Positions 35,829 through 45,508 of a stretch of DNA of 64,000 nt are shown one piece after another (the first letter of the stretch is position 1; every line of letters starts with the position of its first letter). The stretch comes from a bacterium (GTDB taxonomy: Bacteria; Patescibacteriota; CPR2; UBA1875; JAJYID01). The notes below the pieces were generated by a model. It was not told the DNA's origin. It searched no databases and saw only the letters and a program-made list of their open reading frames with translations. Both the position numbers and the translations under genes were made by a program. The DNA is taken from contig JAUSJO010000008.1 in assembly GCA_030647205.1 (NCBI GenBank), positions 28,770 through 92,769 on the forward strand, in the 5' to 3' direction.

Positions 35829-37385
35829 ATGACCGAGGAGCAGAAAAAACAGCTTCAGACTCAACTTTGGAATATCGCCAACGAACTCCGAGGCAAAATG
35901 AATGCCGATGAGTTTCGTGACTATATTCTTGGCTTTATTTTCTATAAGTATCTTTCAGAAAAAATGCATCTTTATGCCAACGAAGTTCTTGAAGCAGACA
36001 AGATAGATTACACCGATATCAAAGAGAACACAGAAGATGGCAAAAAAATTATTGAAGTTATAAAAAAAGAATCCATAGATAAGCTTGGCTATTTTCTCAA
36101 ACCCTCAGAACTTTTTCATTCTCTGGTGGAGAGAGACGCGAACTCAAATGACATCATCGAAGATCTAGAGAGAATCCTTGGCAATATAGAAAGAAGTACT
36201 ATGGGGACTGACAGCGAGGACGATTTTGATAAACTTTTCTCAGAGCTAGACCTAAACAACTCAAAACTTGGTAGATCTGTTCATGATCGAAGTCAGCTTA
36301 TAGGGAAAGTTCTTTCTCATCTTGATAAGATAAATTTCTTTTTGGAAGATTCAAGGATAGATGTCCTTGGGGATGCTTATGAATATCTAATTGGTCAGTT
36401 TGCCAGTGGCGCCGGGAAGAAAGCAGGGGAATTCTATACTCCTCAAGAAGTTTCAGAAGTTCTAGCAAAACTTGTAACTTCGGGGAAAAAACATTTGAAA
36501 AGTGTTTACGATCCAACTTGCGGTTCTGGCTCATTGCTTTTGAGAGTTGCCAGATATGTCGACGATGTTGGCTTTTTCTATGGACAAGAAATGAACCACA
36601 CTACATACAACCTTGCTCGTATGAACATGATTCTTCACGATGTTCGTTATGACAGATTCAATATCAGGCAGGAAGACACTCTGGAGCATCCACAACATTT
36701 AGAAGAACGATTTGAAGCAATTGTTGCCAACCCACCATTTGGCGCCGAATGGTCAGCTCATCAGACATTTTTGAATGATGATCGCTTTAGCCAGTATGGC
36801 AGACTAGCGCCAAAGAAGAAGGCCGACTATGCCTTTATAGAACACATGATTTATCAGCTGGATGATAATGGAACCATGGCAACCGTTATGCCTCATGGCG
36901 TGCTTTTCCGTGGTGCTGCAGAGGGACACATTCGCGAGCATCTCATCAAAGAAAAGAATTATCTAGATGCTGTTATCGGACTTCCTGCAAATCTCTTTTA
37001 CGGCACGAGTATTTCTGCTTGTCTCCTAGTTTTTCAAAAATGCCGTAAGAACTCTGATAATGTTCTCTTTATAGATGCAAGCAAACATTTTGTAAAAGGC
37101 AAGAACCAAAACAAACTTCAGGCCGAAGACATAGAAAAGATTATCAAAACTTATCGAGAAAGAAAAGTAGAGGATAAATACAGTTATGTGGCAAGTCTCA
37201 AGGAAATAGCCGAAAATGACTACAACCTGAACATTCCTATTTACGTAGACACTTTTGAAGAGGAAGAGTTGATAGATCTCGCAGAAGTTACTCAAGAAAT
37301 AAAAAAGATTGATAAAGAGATGGTGGGTGTTGATAAAAAGATAGCAGAATATTGTAAGGAGATCGGCATCAATCCGCCGTTTTAA
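35829..37385 (+). CDS. hsdM: Type I restriction-modification system DNA methyltransferase subunit M
   Basis: N-terminal HsdM_N region. SAM motif I 'DPTCGSGSLL' and catalytic motif IV 'IVANPPFGAEW' (NPPF) of N6-adenine MTases. Confidence 0.9.
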   Translation: MTEEQKKQLQTQLWNIANELRGKMNADEFRDYILGFIFYKYLSEKMHLYANEVLEADKIDYTDIKENTEDGKKIIEVIKKESIDKLGYFLKPSELFHSLVERDANSNDIIEDLERILGNIERSTMGTDSEDDFDKLFSELDLNNSKLGRSVHDRSQLIGKVLSHLDKINFFLEDSRIDVLGDAYEYLIGQFASGAGKKAGEFYTPQEVSEVLAKLVTSGKKHLKSVYDPTCGSGSLLLRVARYVDDVGFFYGQEMNHTTYNLARMNMILHDVRYDRFNIRQEDTLEHPQHLEERFEAIVANPPFGAEWSAHQTFLNDDRFSQYGRLAPKKKADYAFIEHMIYQLDDNGTMATVMPHGVLFRGAAEGHIREHLIKEKNYLDAVIGLPANLFYGTSISACLLVFQKCRKNSDNVLFIDASKHFVKGKNQNKLQAEDIEKIIKTYRERKVEDKYSYVASLKEIAENDYNLNIPIYVDTFEEEELIDLAEVTQEIKKIDKEMVGVDKKIAEYCKEIGINPPF

Positions 37386-37389
37386 TTTT

Positions 37390-38244
37390 ATGCTTTCTGA
37401 AGATGAAATAGTTAAAGAGATGATAAAGGCGAACGCGACGGAAGCGTATAGGGACGCCGCTCAACCAGCGGTTAGAGTAGTCGGGCAGTCAATAGCGCAA
37501 TGTGTGTCATTATTTGTAACACCCATCGGCAGGATGGCGGCGATTTTAGAAAAAAATCTTCACCTTTATTTAGATAAACTTGATAGATATAAAGAGAAAG
37601 AACTTATATCTCCAGATGTTAGAATTCTAGTGCCGATACTGGAAAAGTTGAGGTATACGGAAGACATTGTAGTGGCAGAATATTACGCAGAGATACTAGC
37701 AAAGGCATCTACCAAGGAAAATTCAAAAAGGGTGCTGATCTCATTTATCGAAATTTTAAATAGATTAAGCTCTGACGAGATCAAAATATTAGAGTATATA
37801 AACTCTAACGATAATATTGTTGATTTTGAACCAATAACTGAAGAGGAGAGCGGACAACTGAACTTACCTGCTGGTTTTTGCAAAGCTGTTATTAAGGGTG
37901 CGGTTCCCGTTATTGATATTAAAATTGTTCAAAGTGGCACTACAGGTTTTTCGATTGCCGGCAGAAACTGCAATTTATTGCCCGATCTAATTAATCTTTC
38001 TGGGCCAAGGAATATTGATTCATATGTAGACAATATGATCTCACTCGGTCTCCTGGAGCGACCACATGACAGATCTTTCGCAAACAAGAAAATTTATTCA
38101 AAGCTTGAAAATGACCCAAATGTTATAGAGTTACAAAAGGGCTTAGCGAAAAGCCAAAGGATTGAGTTTGATAGGGCACAATTGGCAATAACTAGTTTAG
38201 GCGTAAAACTTTTAGAACTTTGCTCAACAGGGGTTAAGCCATGA
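37390..38244 (+). CDS. Hypothetical protein embedded between hsdM and hsdS (possible Abi-like accessory defense gene)
   Basis: 284-aa ORF translationally coupled on both sides (a 4-nt gap from hsdM and an ATGA overlap with hsdS). It has no TRD-like repeats and no confidently recognised domain. Confidence 0.55.
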   Translation: MLSEDEIVKEMIKANATEAYRDAAQPAVRVVGQSIAQCVSLFVTPIGRMAAILEKNLHLYLDKLDRYKEKELISPDVRILVPILEKLRYTEDIVVAEYYAEILAKASTKENSKRVLISFIEILNRLSSDEIKILEYINSNDNIVDFEPITEEESGQLNLPAGFCKAVIKGAVPVIDIKIVQSGTTGFSIAGRNCNLLPDLINLSGPRNIDSYVDNMISLGLLERPHDRSFANKKIYSKLENDPNVIELQKGLAKSQRIEFDRAQLAITSLGVKLLELCSTGVKP

Positions 38245-39488
38245 TGGTGGAAACAACAAATGTTCCCAAACTTAGGTTTAAGGAATTTAAGGATGCGTGG
38301 CAAACTCCTACGTTTGGTACTGTATTTGAACGTGTAACTACGAAAAACAAAGAAAATAACCAAAATATCCTAACAATTTCAGCTCAGGATGGACTAATCG
38401 GCCAAGATAAATTTTTTACTAAACTAGTCTCCGCTAAGGATGTGACTGGCTATTATCTATTACGAAAAAATGACTTTGCTTACAATAAGAGTTATTCAAA
38501 GGGTTACCCCATGGGGGCGATAAAGAGACTTTTCAAAGATAACGCTGGAGTTGTATCAACTTTGTACATCTGCTTTAGATCGAAAGAACCGAGAAGCATT
38601 ATATTTTATGAGCAGTATTTTGATGCTGGGAAATTAAATATTGAGATTGAAAAGATAGCGCAAGAAGGGGCAAGGAATCATGGCTTATTAAACATGAGTG
38701 TTGTTGATTTTTTTAAAATGTCTATCTTAAGACCAAACATTACAGAACAAGAAAAGATTGCGGGGTTTTTGGGGAGTGTTGATGAGAAAATTGGGAAATT
38801 GGAAGAGAAGAAAAAGCAGTTTGAGAAATATAAAAAAGGTGTAATGCAGGCGATTTTCTCGCAAAAAATCCGCTTTAAAGATAAGACTGGAATGGAATTT
38901 CCGGATTGGGAGGAAAAGGAATTGGGTGAAATCGGTAAGACATACAACGGACTAACCGGTAAATCTGCGGAAGACTTTGGAAAAGGGTTTCCATATATTA
39001 CTTATAAGCAAATTTTTGACGGCTCTAATGTAGATGTTTCAAAATGTAGTTTTGTGAACATTAAAGAAAATGAAGCACAAAGTAAAGCGAAGAAAGGTGA
39101 CGTGTTTTTTACTACATCTTCTGAGACGCCCCTAGAAGTTGGTTTTTCCTCAGTCTTGTTAGAAGATGTTGAGGATGTGTATCTTAATAGTTTTTGTTTC
39201 GGATTTAGACTGTTTGATAATAAAAAAACTTTGCCATATTTTCTAAAGTTCTTATTTAGAAGCGAGTATTTTAGAAGAAAAACAATAAGATTAGCACAAG
39301 GTAGTACTAGATATAATATCTCAAAAATTGGTCTTTTAAAAACAATTATTCAAATACCGGATTCAGAAGAACAGGGGAAAATCGCCGAATTTTTGACAAG
39401 CTTGGATGATAAAATTGATTTAATAAATAAGGAGTTGGGGAAGGTTAAAGAATTCAAAAAAGCCCTTCTCCAGCAGATGTTTGTGTGA
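38241..39488 (+). CDS. hsdS: Type I restriction-modification system specificity subunit S
   Basis: Two target-recognition domains separated by the conserved coiled-coil repeats ('...KKKQFEKYKKGVMQAIFSQKIRF' and '...ELGKVKEFKKALLQQMF'). Confidence 0.85.
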   Translation: MMVETTNVPKLRFKEFKDAWQTPTFGTVFERVTTKNKENNQNILTISAQDGLIGQDKFFTKLVSAKDVTGYYLLRKNDFAYNKSYSKGYPMGAIKRLFKDNAGVVSTLYICFRSKEPRSIIFYEQYFDAGKLNIEIEKIAQEGARNHGLLNMSVVDFFKMSILRPNITEQEKIAGFLGSVDEKIGKLEEKKKQFEKYKKGVMQAIFSQKIRFKDKTGMEFPDWEEKELGEIGKTYNGLTGKSAEDFGKGFPYITYKQIFDGSNVDVSKCSFVNIKENEAQSKAKKGDVFFTTSSETPLEVGFSSVLLEDVEDVYLNSFCFGFRLFDNKKTLPYFLKFLFRSEYFRRKTIRLAQGSTRYNISKIGLLKTIIQIPDSEEQGKIAEFLTSLDDKIDLINKELGKVKEFKKALLQQMFV

Positions 39489-41128
39489 TGATTATCAAAC
39501 TTTTAAATAATTCTGATAAAAACCTATTTGTTGGTTTGGCTGGTCCTGGAACTGGGAAAAGCCATACTTTTAAGACTATTATTAATTCAGGTGAATTTAA
39601 GGGCAAGAAGATACTTATATTATCGTTTATTAACAAATTAGTTAACGACCTAGAAAGAGAGTTCGATGATTTTGACAATGTTAGAGTTTCCACACTACAT
39701 TCGTTTGCGTTGCAGAAGTACAAGAACTTGTTTCGTGAAACAACAATAGAGCTCGAACAAGACCTAGACGGTTTGATAAGTGAAGATTATTTCTATATTA
39801 ATAAAGAGAAAATTAGTTACGAAGCAAGGCTATGCGAGGGTAATCTTGATAAAGAGGAGGAGGAGTTTTATTTGGGGCGGGCTGAATTTTATAGCAATGA
39901 AGGGAAACTTTATTCTTTCAACTCAATAATTCATGCAGTCAACAGTATCTTCTCAAACAATAACGATAAGATCCCAGATGAATATGACTTAATACTCGTA
40001 GATGAGTTTCAGGACTTTAATCAACTAGAATATAACTTGATCAAGTTGTTGAACAAGAAAAATAAAGTTATCTTAGTCGGTGACGATGATCAGTCCTTGT
40101 ATGACTGGAAGCACGCACGGCCAGAGCTAATACGTGCACTATATAATCATGAAGGAACAGGTGAATTTTCGTTAGACTTCTGCTACAGATGCACACAAGT
40201 TGTTGTTGACGCGGTAAATAGCCTGATATCAAACGCGAAGAGTGATGGTTACCTTCAAGATAGAGCAGATGAGAAGAAATTTCTATATCCCACAGAAAGG
40301 ACTGATGACAAGAATGAAATAAGCGCAAAACATTCTTGTATCGATTTTGTTTCGGGGGTGAGTGGCCATCAATTGATATACCAGCTAGCGACAAGAATAC
40401 GAAAAGAAGTAGAAGAACATAATGGCGGCAGAGTACTTGTATTAGTTCCATCTTTTCTTAAACAATCAATTTATGAAGGTCTTTCTGGGGAGGGTTTTAA
40501 TGTAGTTGAGTTTGAATTATTTGGGAATGAAGGACGCAATAAGATAAAACACAAGTATCTAATTGAGGCATTTAAAACGTTAGCTATAAGAAAAACAGAT
40601 AACTTAATGTTAAGGAAGATAATTCCGTTATATCTATCGGACTCTGAAATTAGAAAACTAATAATAAATTGTGATAATCTCCAAAAGAAAATATGGTACG
40701 TTTTGGATGGAGAAACAAAAGTTCGCATTGAGCAAGATATAGCATTGTTTAAAAAAGCAAAGCAAGGAAAGACTGAACTAACGGCCGATGAGTTGAAGAG
40801 ATTTAGTGAAATATTTAACCTAAAGAATTTAATATCAAAGATGATAAAAGGTTTTGCGCCGAATACTCGGGGCGCTATAGAGGTTGAGATGACAACAGTG
40901 ATGAGCTCTAAAGGACTTTCGGCTGATTTCGTGTATTATATTGGGGTTGATGATTATATTATGCTTGATAAAGAAACAGGCGAGCTAACTGACCAAAAAA
41001 TCTGTGAGTTTCTAGTTGGGATAACAAGAGCGAAGAAAAAACTAACATTATTCTCAGCAAATGAGGGCGAGCCAGTAATACTGAAATTTATTGATAGTAA
41101 ATTCGTGAGGAGAAGTAAAACCAAATGA
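39485..41128 (+). CDS. UvrD/PcrA-like SF1 helicase-family protein embedded between hsdS and hsdR
   Basis: Walker A 'GLAGPGTGKSHTF', motif II 'LILVDEFQDFNQ', motif III 'VLVGDDDQSLYDW', and the C-terminal UvrD_C-like 'GLSADFVYYIGVDD...VGITRAKKKLTLF'. At 547 aa it is a minimal UvrD-like core. It is overlap-coupled to both neighbours. Confidence 0.75.
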   Translation: MMIIKLLNNSDKNLFVGLAGPGTGKSHTFKTIINSGEFKGKKILILSFINKLVNDLEREFDDFDNVRVSTLHSFALQKYKNLFRETTIELEQDLDGLISEDYFYINKEKISYEARLCEGNLDKEEEEFYLGRAEFYSNEGKLYSFNSIIHAVNSIFSNNNDKIPDEYDLILVDEFQDFNQLEYNLIKLLNKKNKVILVGDDDQSLYDWKHARPELIRALYNHEGTGEFSLDFCYRCTQVVVDAVNSLISNAKSDGYLQDRADEKKFLYPTERTDDKNEISAKHSCIDFVSGVSGHQLIYQLATRIRKEVEEHNGGRVLVLVPSFLKQSIYEGLSGEGFNVVEFELFGNEGRNKIKHKYLIEAFKTLAIRKTDNLMLRKIIPLYLSDSEIRKLIINCDNLQKKIWYVLDGETKVRIEQDIALFKKAKQGKTELTADELKRFSEIFNLKNLISKMIKGFAPNTRGAIEVEMTTVMSSKGLSADFVYYIGVDDYIMLDKETGELTDQKICEFLVGITRAKKKLTLFSANEGEPVILKFIDSKFVRRSKTK

Positions 41129-43986
41129 CAGCACAATCAGAACAAGCATTAGAGAATAGTTTAGTCAAACAGCTCGAGGGGATGAGATACGAGCGGGTTG
41201 TTATTTATGACGAGGAAATGCTCTTTGTGAACCTGAAGATTCAGCTGGAAAAACACAATGGTATAAAGCTGAGCGATAAAGAGTTTGAGAGGATTCTAAA
41301 TCATTTGGACAAAGGGAATGTTTTTGATCGGGCGAAGATATTGCGAGACAAGATGCATCTGGTTCGAGATGATGGCATGAGTGCATACATAGAGTTTCTA
41401 AACACTCGAGAGTGGTGCCAGAACGAGTTTCAGGTGGCAAATCAGATCACAAATACGGGTGAGTATAAGACTAGGTATGATGTAACTATTTTGATCAACG
41501 GACTCCCTCTGGTTCAGATAGAGCTAAAAAGAAGAGGACTGGAGCTAAAGGAAGCTTTCAACCAAGTAAATCGATATCGCCGGCACTCATACACCGCTGC
41601 TCGTGGTCTTTTCCAGTACATTCAAATCTTTGTTATTAGCAACGGAGTAAATACAAAGTACTATGCGAACACGGTGAGCTACATGACAGACAAGAAGCAG
41701 TCCTTCAAACAAACATTTTTCTGGGCCAATAAGAGTAATAAGAACATAAAAAAGCTGGATGATTTTGCCAAGATATTTCTGGAGAGATGCCATCTGGCGA
41801 AGATGATTACAAAGTACACAGTACTTTCTGAAGCGGACAAGATTCTGATGGTTTTGCGACCTTATCAGTACTATGCGGTTGAAGCGATAGTTGATCGAGT
41901 AAAGAACTCGAAAAAGAATGGTTATATCTGGCACACCACTGGAAGCGGCAAGACATTGACAGCATTTAAGGCGAGCCAGACCTTGATAGATTCACCCGAT
42001 GTCTATAAAGTCGTTTTTGTCGTCGATCGGAACGATTTGGATTACCAGACGATAAAAGAGTTTAATAAGTTCAGAGCGGGAAGTGTTGACGGAACTGATA
42101 ATACTCGGATGCTGGTGAAGCAGTTCGAAGATGAGACGAATGACGCAAAACTGATCGTGACGACCATACAAAAGATTAATACTGCTATCAGTAAAGAACG
42201 ACATCTGAAGAAAATGGAAAAGCATAAAGACAAGAAAATAGTCTTTATTTTCGATGAGTGCCACAGGAGCCAGTTTGGTGAGACGCACAAAAGGATTACT
42301 CAGTATTTTCAGAATTATCAAATGTTTGGCTTTACCGGTACACCGATATTCGCCGAGAACGCTGTGGGTTCTGGGGCTGACAAAAAGACAACTGCCCAGC
42401 TTTTCGATGAGTGTCTGCATAAATATGTGATTACCGATGCGATATCTGATGAAAATGTTTTACGATTTCTAGTAGAGTATGTGGGTAGATACAGGAGAAA
42501 GGCAGATAGTGAGAACGACATAGATATAGAGGTTGAAGGGATTGATACAAAAGAGCTCATGGAATCGTCTAAGAGGATTGAAAAGATTACCGACTACATA
42601 ATCGCAAACCATGATAGAAAAACTCATTCCAAAGAATTTACGGCTATGTTTTGTACCTCGAGTATTGATGTTTTGACAAGATATTATGAAACTTTCAGGA
42701 AGAAGAAAGAAGCGGGAGAGCATAATCTAAAAATCGCCACAATCTTTAGTTTTGCCGCAAATGAGGAAGATAAAGACGCTGATGGAATGATAGGTGAGGC
42801 GGATGTTGATATAGAAAAGGACCAGCCTATCAATAAACACTCAAGGGATAAGCTCGAAGAATACATCGGTGATTACAATAAAATGTTTGGTACTAACTTC
42901 ACAACAAAAGACAACACCAGCTTTTATAACTATTATAAAAATATTGCACAGAGAGTGAAGGAAAGGGACATTGATATTTTAATAGTGGTAAACATGTTTC
43001 TGACCGGATTTGACGCGAAAACTTTAAATACTCTATATGTTGATAAAAACTTGCGATATCACGGACTGATCCAGGCTTACTCAAGGACAAACAGAATATT
43101 AAATGAACGTAAGTCGCATGGCAACATTGTAGTTTTTAGAAACTTAAAGAAGGCGACCGACCGAGCCGTAGCCCTCTTTAGCAATAAAGATGCAAAGGAA
43201 ATAATATTTTTAGAACCATATAAAAAATATGTTGAGCAATTCAATGGTGTTTTGCTCGACTTAAGGAATTTGGCACCCACACCGGACTATGTGGATGATC
43301 TAGTTAGTGAAACAGATCAGCTAGTTTTCGTAACTACATTTAGAGAATTAACTCGTTTGAAAAATGTTTTAACTACTTTTGCTGACTTTTCTTTCTCAGA
43401 TACAAGGATATCGGAGCAAGAATTTGAGGATTACAAAAGTAAGTATCTAGATATATATGACAAAGTTAAGAGCGATAATGAGCATGAAAAAGTTTCTATC
43501 TTAGATGATGTTGATTTTGAAATTGAGTTAATAAGAAGGGATGAAATAAACATTGATTACATCTTGAGACTCCTTGCTTTATATATTGACGCAGATGAAA
43601 CAGAGCGTAAGCGTATCGTGAAAAACGTTTCAGATATCATGTCAGGAGATTTAGCTCTAAGAAGCAAGAAGGAATTAATTGAAAAGTTCATAGAAGAGAA
43701 CATTCCTGAAATTAAAGATTCGACAGAAGTGGATGGCGCTTTTGAAGAGTTTTGGCGAGAAGAACAATTGAAAGAATTTGAGAAGATTTGTAAAGAAGAA
43801 GGCTTAATGGATGAAATGCTGCAGAAGGTAATAGATAGATATTTATACACGGGGCTTAAGCCAAAAAGGCATGATTTGGCAAAAACATTGAAAACCCAGC
43901 CAAAAGTTCTAGAGAGGGACAATATAATCAAAAGGATTGGGAAGAAAGTAGATAAATTCATCGAAACGTTTTTGGATGGGGTGTAA
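41125..43986 (+). CDS. hsdR: Type I restriction enzyme endonuclease/helicase subunit R
   Basis: HsdR_N nuclease region, SF2 motor motifs 'HTTGSGKTLTAF' (motif I) and 'IFDECHRSQFG' (DEAH-like motif II), and a long C-terminal helical domain. 953 aa. Confidence 0.9.
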   Translation: MTAQSEQALENSLVKQLEGMRYERVVIYDEEMLFVNLKIQLEKHNGIKLSDKEFERILNHLDKGNVFDRAKILRDKMHLVRDDGMSAYIEFLNTREWCQNEFQVANQITNTGEYKTRYDVTILINGLPLVQIELKRRGLELKEAFNQVNRYRRHSYTAARGLFQYIQIFVISNGVNTKYYANTVSYMTDKKQSFKQTFFWANKSNKNIKKLDDFAKIFLERCHLAKMITKYTVLSEADKILMVLRPYQYYAVEAIVDRVKNSKKNGYIWHTTGSGKTLTAFKASQTLIDSPDVYKVVFVVDRNDLDYQTIKEFNKFRAGSVDGTDNTRMLVKQFEDETNDAKLIVTTIQKINTAISKERHLKKMEKHKDKKIVFIFDECHRSQFGETHKRITQYFQNYQMFGFTGTPIFAENAVGSGADKKTTAQLFDECLHKYVITDAISDENVLRFLVEYVGRYRRKADSENDIDIEVEGIDTKELMESSKRIEKITDYIIANHDRKTHSKEFTAMFCTSSIDVLTRYYETFRKKKEAGEHNLKIATIFSFAANEEDKDADGMIGEADVDIEKDQPINKHSRDKLEEYIGDYNKMFGTNFTTKDNTSFYNYYKNIAQRVKERDIDILIVVNMFLTGFDAKTLNTLYVDKNLRYHGLIQAYSRTNRILNERKSHGNIVVFRNLKKATDRAVALFSNKDAKEIIFLEPYKKYVEQFNGVLLDLRNLAPTPDYVDDLVSETDQLVFVTTFRELTRLKNVLTTFADFSFSDTRISEQEFEDYKSKYLDIYDKVKSDNEHEKVSILDDVDFEIELIRRDEINIDYILRLLALYIDADETERKRIVKNVSDIMSGDLALRSKKELIEKFIEENIPEIKDSTEVDGAFEEFWREEQLKEFEKICKEEGLMDEMLQKVIDRYLYTGLKPKRHDLAKTLKTQPKVLERDNIIKRIGKKVDKFIETFLDGV

Positions 43987-43995
43987 AAATTTCTA

Positions 43996-44128
43996 AGCAA
44001 GCTCTCAGCTTTATCTTCCTAAATAGGTAAATTTAAAAATCTACCGATTTTTTGTGCTAGAATATTCTTATGTCAAATGCATTTCGGAAAATCATTGAGT
44101 TTATAAAGGCGAAAAAGATAAAATTATG
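43996..44128 (+). repeat. Direct repeat DR1 (~133 bp) flanking the fic gene; it contains a truncated duplicate of the promoter and first 17 codons of the 45453 gene
   Basis: The 49-bp core 'gctagaatattcttatgtcaaatgcatttcggaaaatcattgagtttata' (44056-44104) is identical to 45439-45487. The flanks are about 80% identical. Confidence 0.85.
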
Positions 44129-44129
44129 A
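44070..44129 (+). pseudogene. Duplicated 5' fragment (19 codons plus stop) of the downstream secreted-protein gene
   Basis: It translates MSNAFRKIIEFIKAKKIKL*, compared with MSNAFRKIIEFIEAKKILVIV... at 45453. Confidence 0.4.
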
Positions 44130-44186
44130 GTAAGTTAACTGAAATTAGTTTTTGAGCTCAAATTTTGAATAATTAGTATATCCTTC

Positions 44187-44222
44187 TTGACAAATAGTAT
44201 ACTAAAACGTAAAATAGTATAC
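44187..44222 (+). promoter_or_regulatory. Candidate fic promoter (TTGACA-17-TAAAAT) overlapped by two GTATAC palindromes
   Basis: 'atagtatac' repeats at 44194-44202 and 44214-44222, 20 bp apart (two helical turns). One copy lies in the spacer and one over the -10/+1 region. Confidence 0.5.
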
Positions 44223-44246
44223 ATAAATAAATTAAAGTAAACTATA

Positions 44247-45380
44247 ATGAAAATTGAAATAGGTAAATTCGTAAGCCAACCAAGAGGGTATAAGTCCTTT
44301 GTCACCAATCCCTTTCCTCCTAAGGGTATTTTTGGCTTTCCTGCTAAAACGCTTGTGAAGGCAGATAAGGCTACTAGGCTTGTCGGTAAGCTGGATGGTG
44401 TTACACACGAGTTGCCGGATGTGGACTTCTTCCTATATATGTTTATTATTAAGGATGCTGAGGCATCCTCTCAAATAGAAGGAACAAAAGCAACAATCGT
44501 TGATGTTTTAGAGGCCAATGCTGGGATAGCGCCAAAAGAGACAGATTCAAGCGATATTGACTTTTATATTGAGGCCTTAAATTATGGGATTGTAAGAATA
44601 AAAAAGTTACCCCTGTCCTTGAGATTTATTAGAGAGTTACACTCTAAACTTATGACGGGTGCAAGAGCGACTCATTTTTCAGATCCTGGCAACTTTCGAA
44701 ATTCTCAAAACTGGATAGGTGGTGCTACGTTGTCTGATGCGAGTTACGTTCCACCAGCTGTTACTGATATGAATCCAGCTCTCAGTGATTTGGAAAAATT
44801 TTTACACAATGAGGAAGTATTGCCATTAATCCAGGCAGCTATTGCTCATGCTCAGTTTGAGACGATTCATCCTTTTCTTGATGGTAATGGTAGAACCGGT
44901 CGACTTCTTATCACCCTTTTGTTATTGGAAAGGAAGTTATTAGATAAACCGGTATTATTTCTTTCTTGGTATTTTAAAAAACATCAAAAGGTCTATTATC
45001 AGAAACTCGGCGATTACCATGATGGTAAGGTGGATGAATGGGTTAATTTTTTCCTAGATGGGGTGATCGAAACCGCCGAAGATTCCATTAGAATCAGCAA
45101 GAAGATTTTTCAATTAAGGGAAGAAGATATGTGCAAGATTCATGCCCTTGGCAAACGAGAAGCTGAGAGTGGCATTTTGGTATTGAGAAATTTATTTAAG
45201 ATGCCAATCATAAATTCCAGAATAGTTATGGGATGGACCGGCTTCACTAGAGCAGGATCTATAAAACTGATAGAGCGCTTTGTAAGTCTTGGGATATTGA
45301 TCGAGAGAAAAACAGAAGGTAAGGAAAAAGTTTATTCATATGTAAATTATTTAAAAGCGTTTACTAGGGATAACAAATAA
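44247..45380 (+). CDS. fic: Fic family protein (class II, with an internal inhibitory motif)
   Basis: Fic motif 'HPFLDGNGRTGRLL' (HPFx[DE]GNGRxxR). The N-terminal 'SSQIEGTKAT' fits the [ST]xxxE[GN] auto-inhibitory helix. The C-terminal domain is winged-helix-like. Confidence 0.9.
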   Translation: MKIEIGKFVSQPRGYKSFVTNPFPPKGIFGFPAKTLVKADKATRLVGKLDGVTHELPDVDFFLYMFIIKDAEASSQIEGTKATIVDVLEANAGIAPKETDSSDIDFYIEALNYGIVRIKKLPLSLRFIRELHSKLMTGARATHFSDPGNFRNSQNWIGGATLSDASYVPPAVTDMNPALSDLEKFLHNEEVLPLIQAAIAHAQFETIHPFLDGNGRTGRLLITLLLLERKLLDKPVLFLSWYFKKHQKVYYQKLGDYHDGKVDEWVNFFLDGVIETAEDSIRISKKIFQLREEDMCKIHALGKREAESGILVLRNLFKMPIINSRIVMGWTGFTRAGSIKLIERFVSLGILIERKTEGKEKVYSYVNYLKAFTRDNK

Positions 45381-45389
45381 TAAAGTAAT

Positions 45390-45508
45390 TAGCAAACTCT
45401 CAGCTTTATCTCTTATTACTCATTAAAAACAATTTTGCGCTAGAATATTCTTATGTCAAATGCATTTCGGAAAATCATTGAGTTTATAGAGGCGAAGAAG
45501 ATATTGGT
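45390..45508 (+). repeat. Direct repeat DR2 (partner of DR1); it overlaps the true promoter and 5' end of the 45453 gene
   Basis: See DR1. The offset between the identical cores is 1383 bp. Confidence 0.85.

Noticed and set aside
37390-38244. Interpretation of the 284-aa hsdM/hsdS-embedded gene as a split HsdS half-subunit
   Set aside because: It has no TRD-like pattern and none of the conserved HsdS coiled-coil repeat. The downstream 415-aa HsdS already contains two TRDs.
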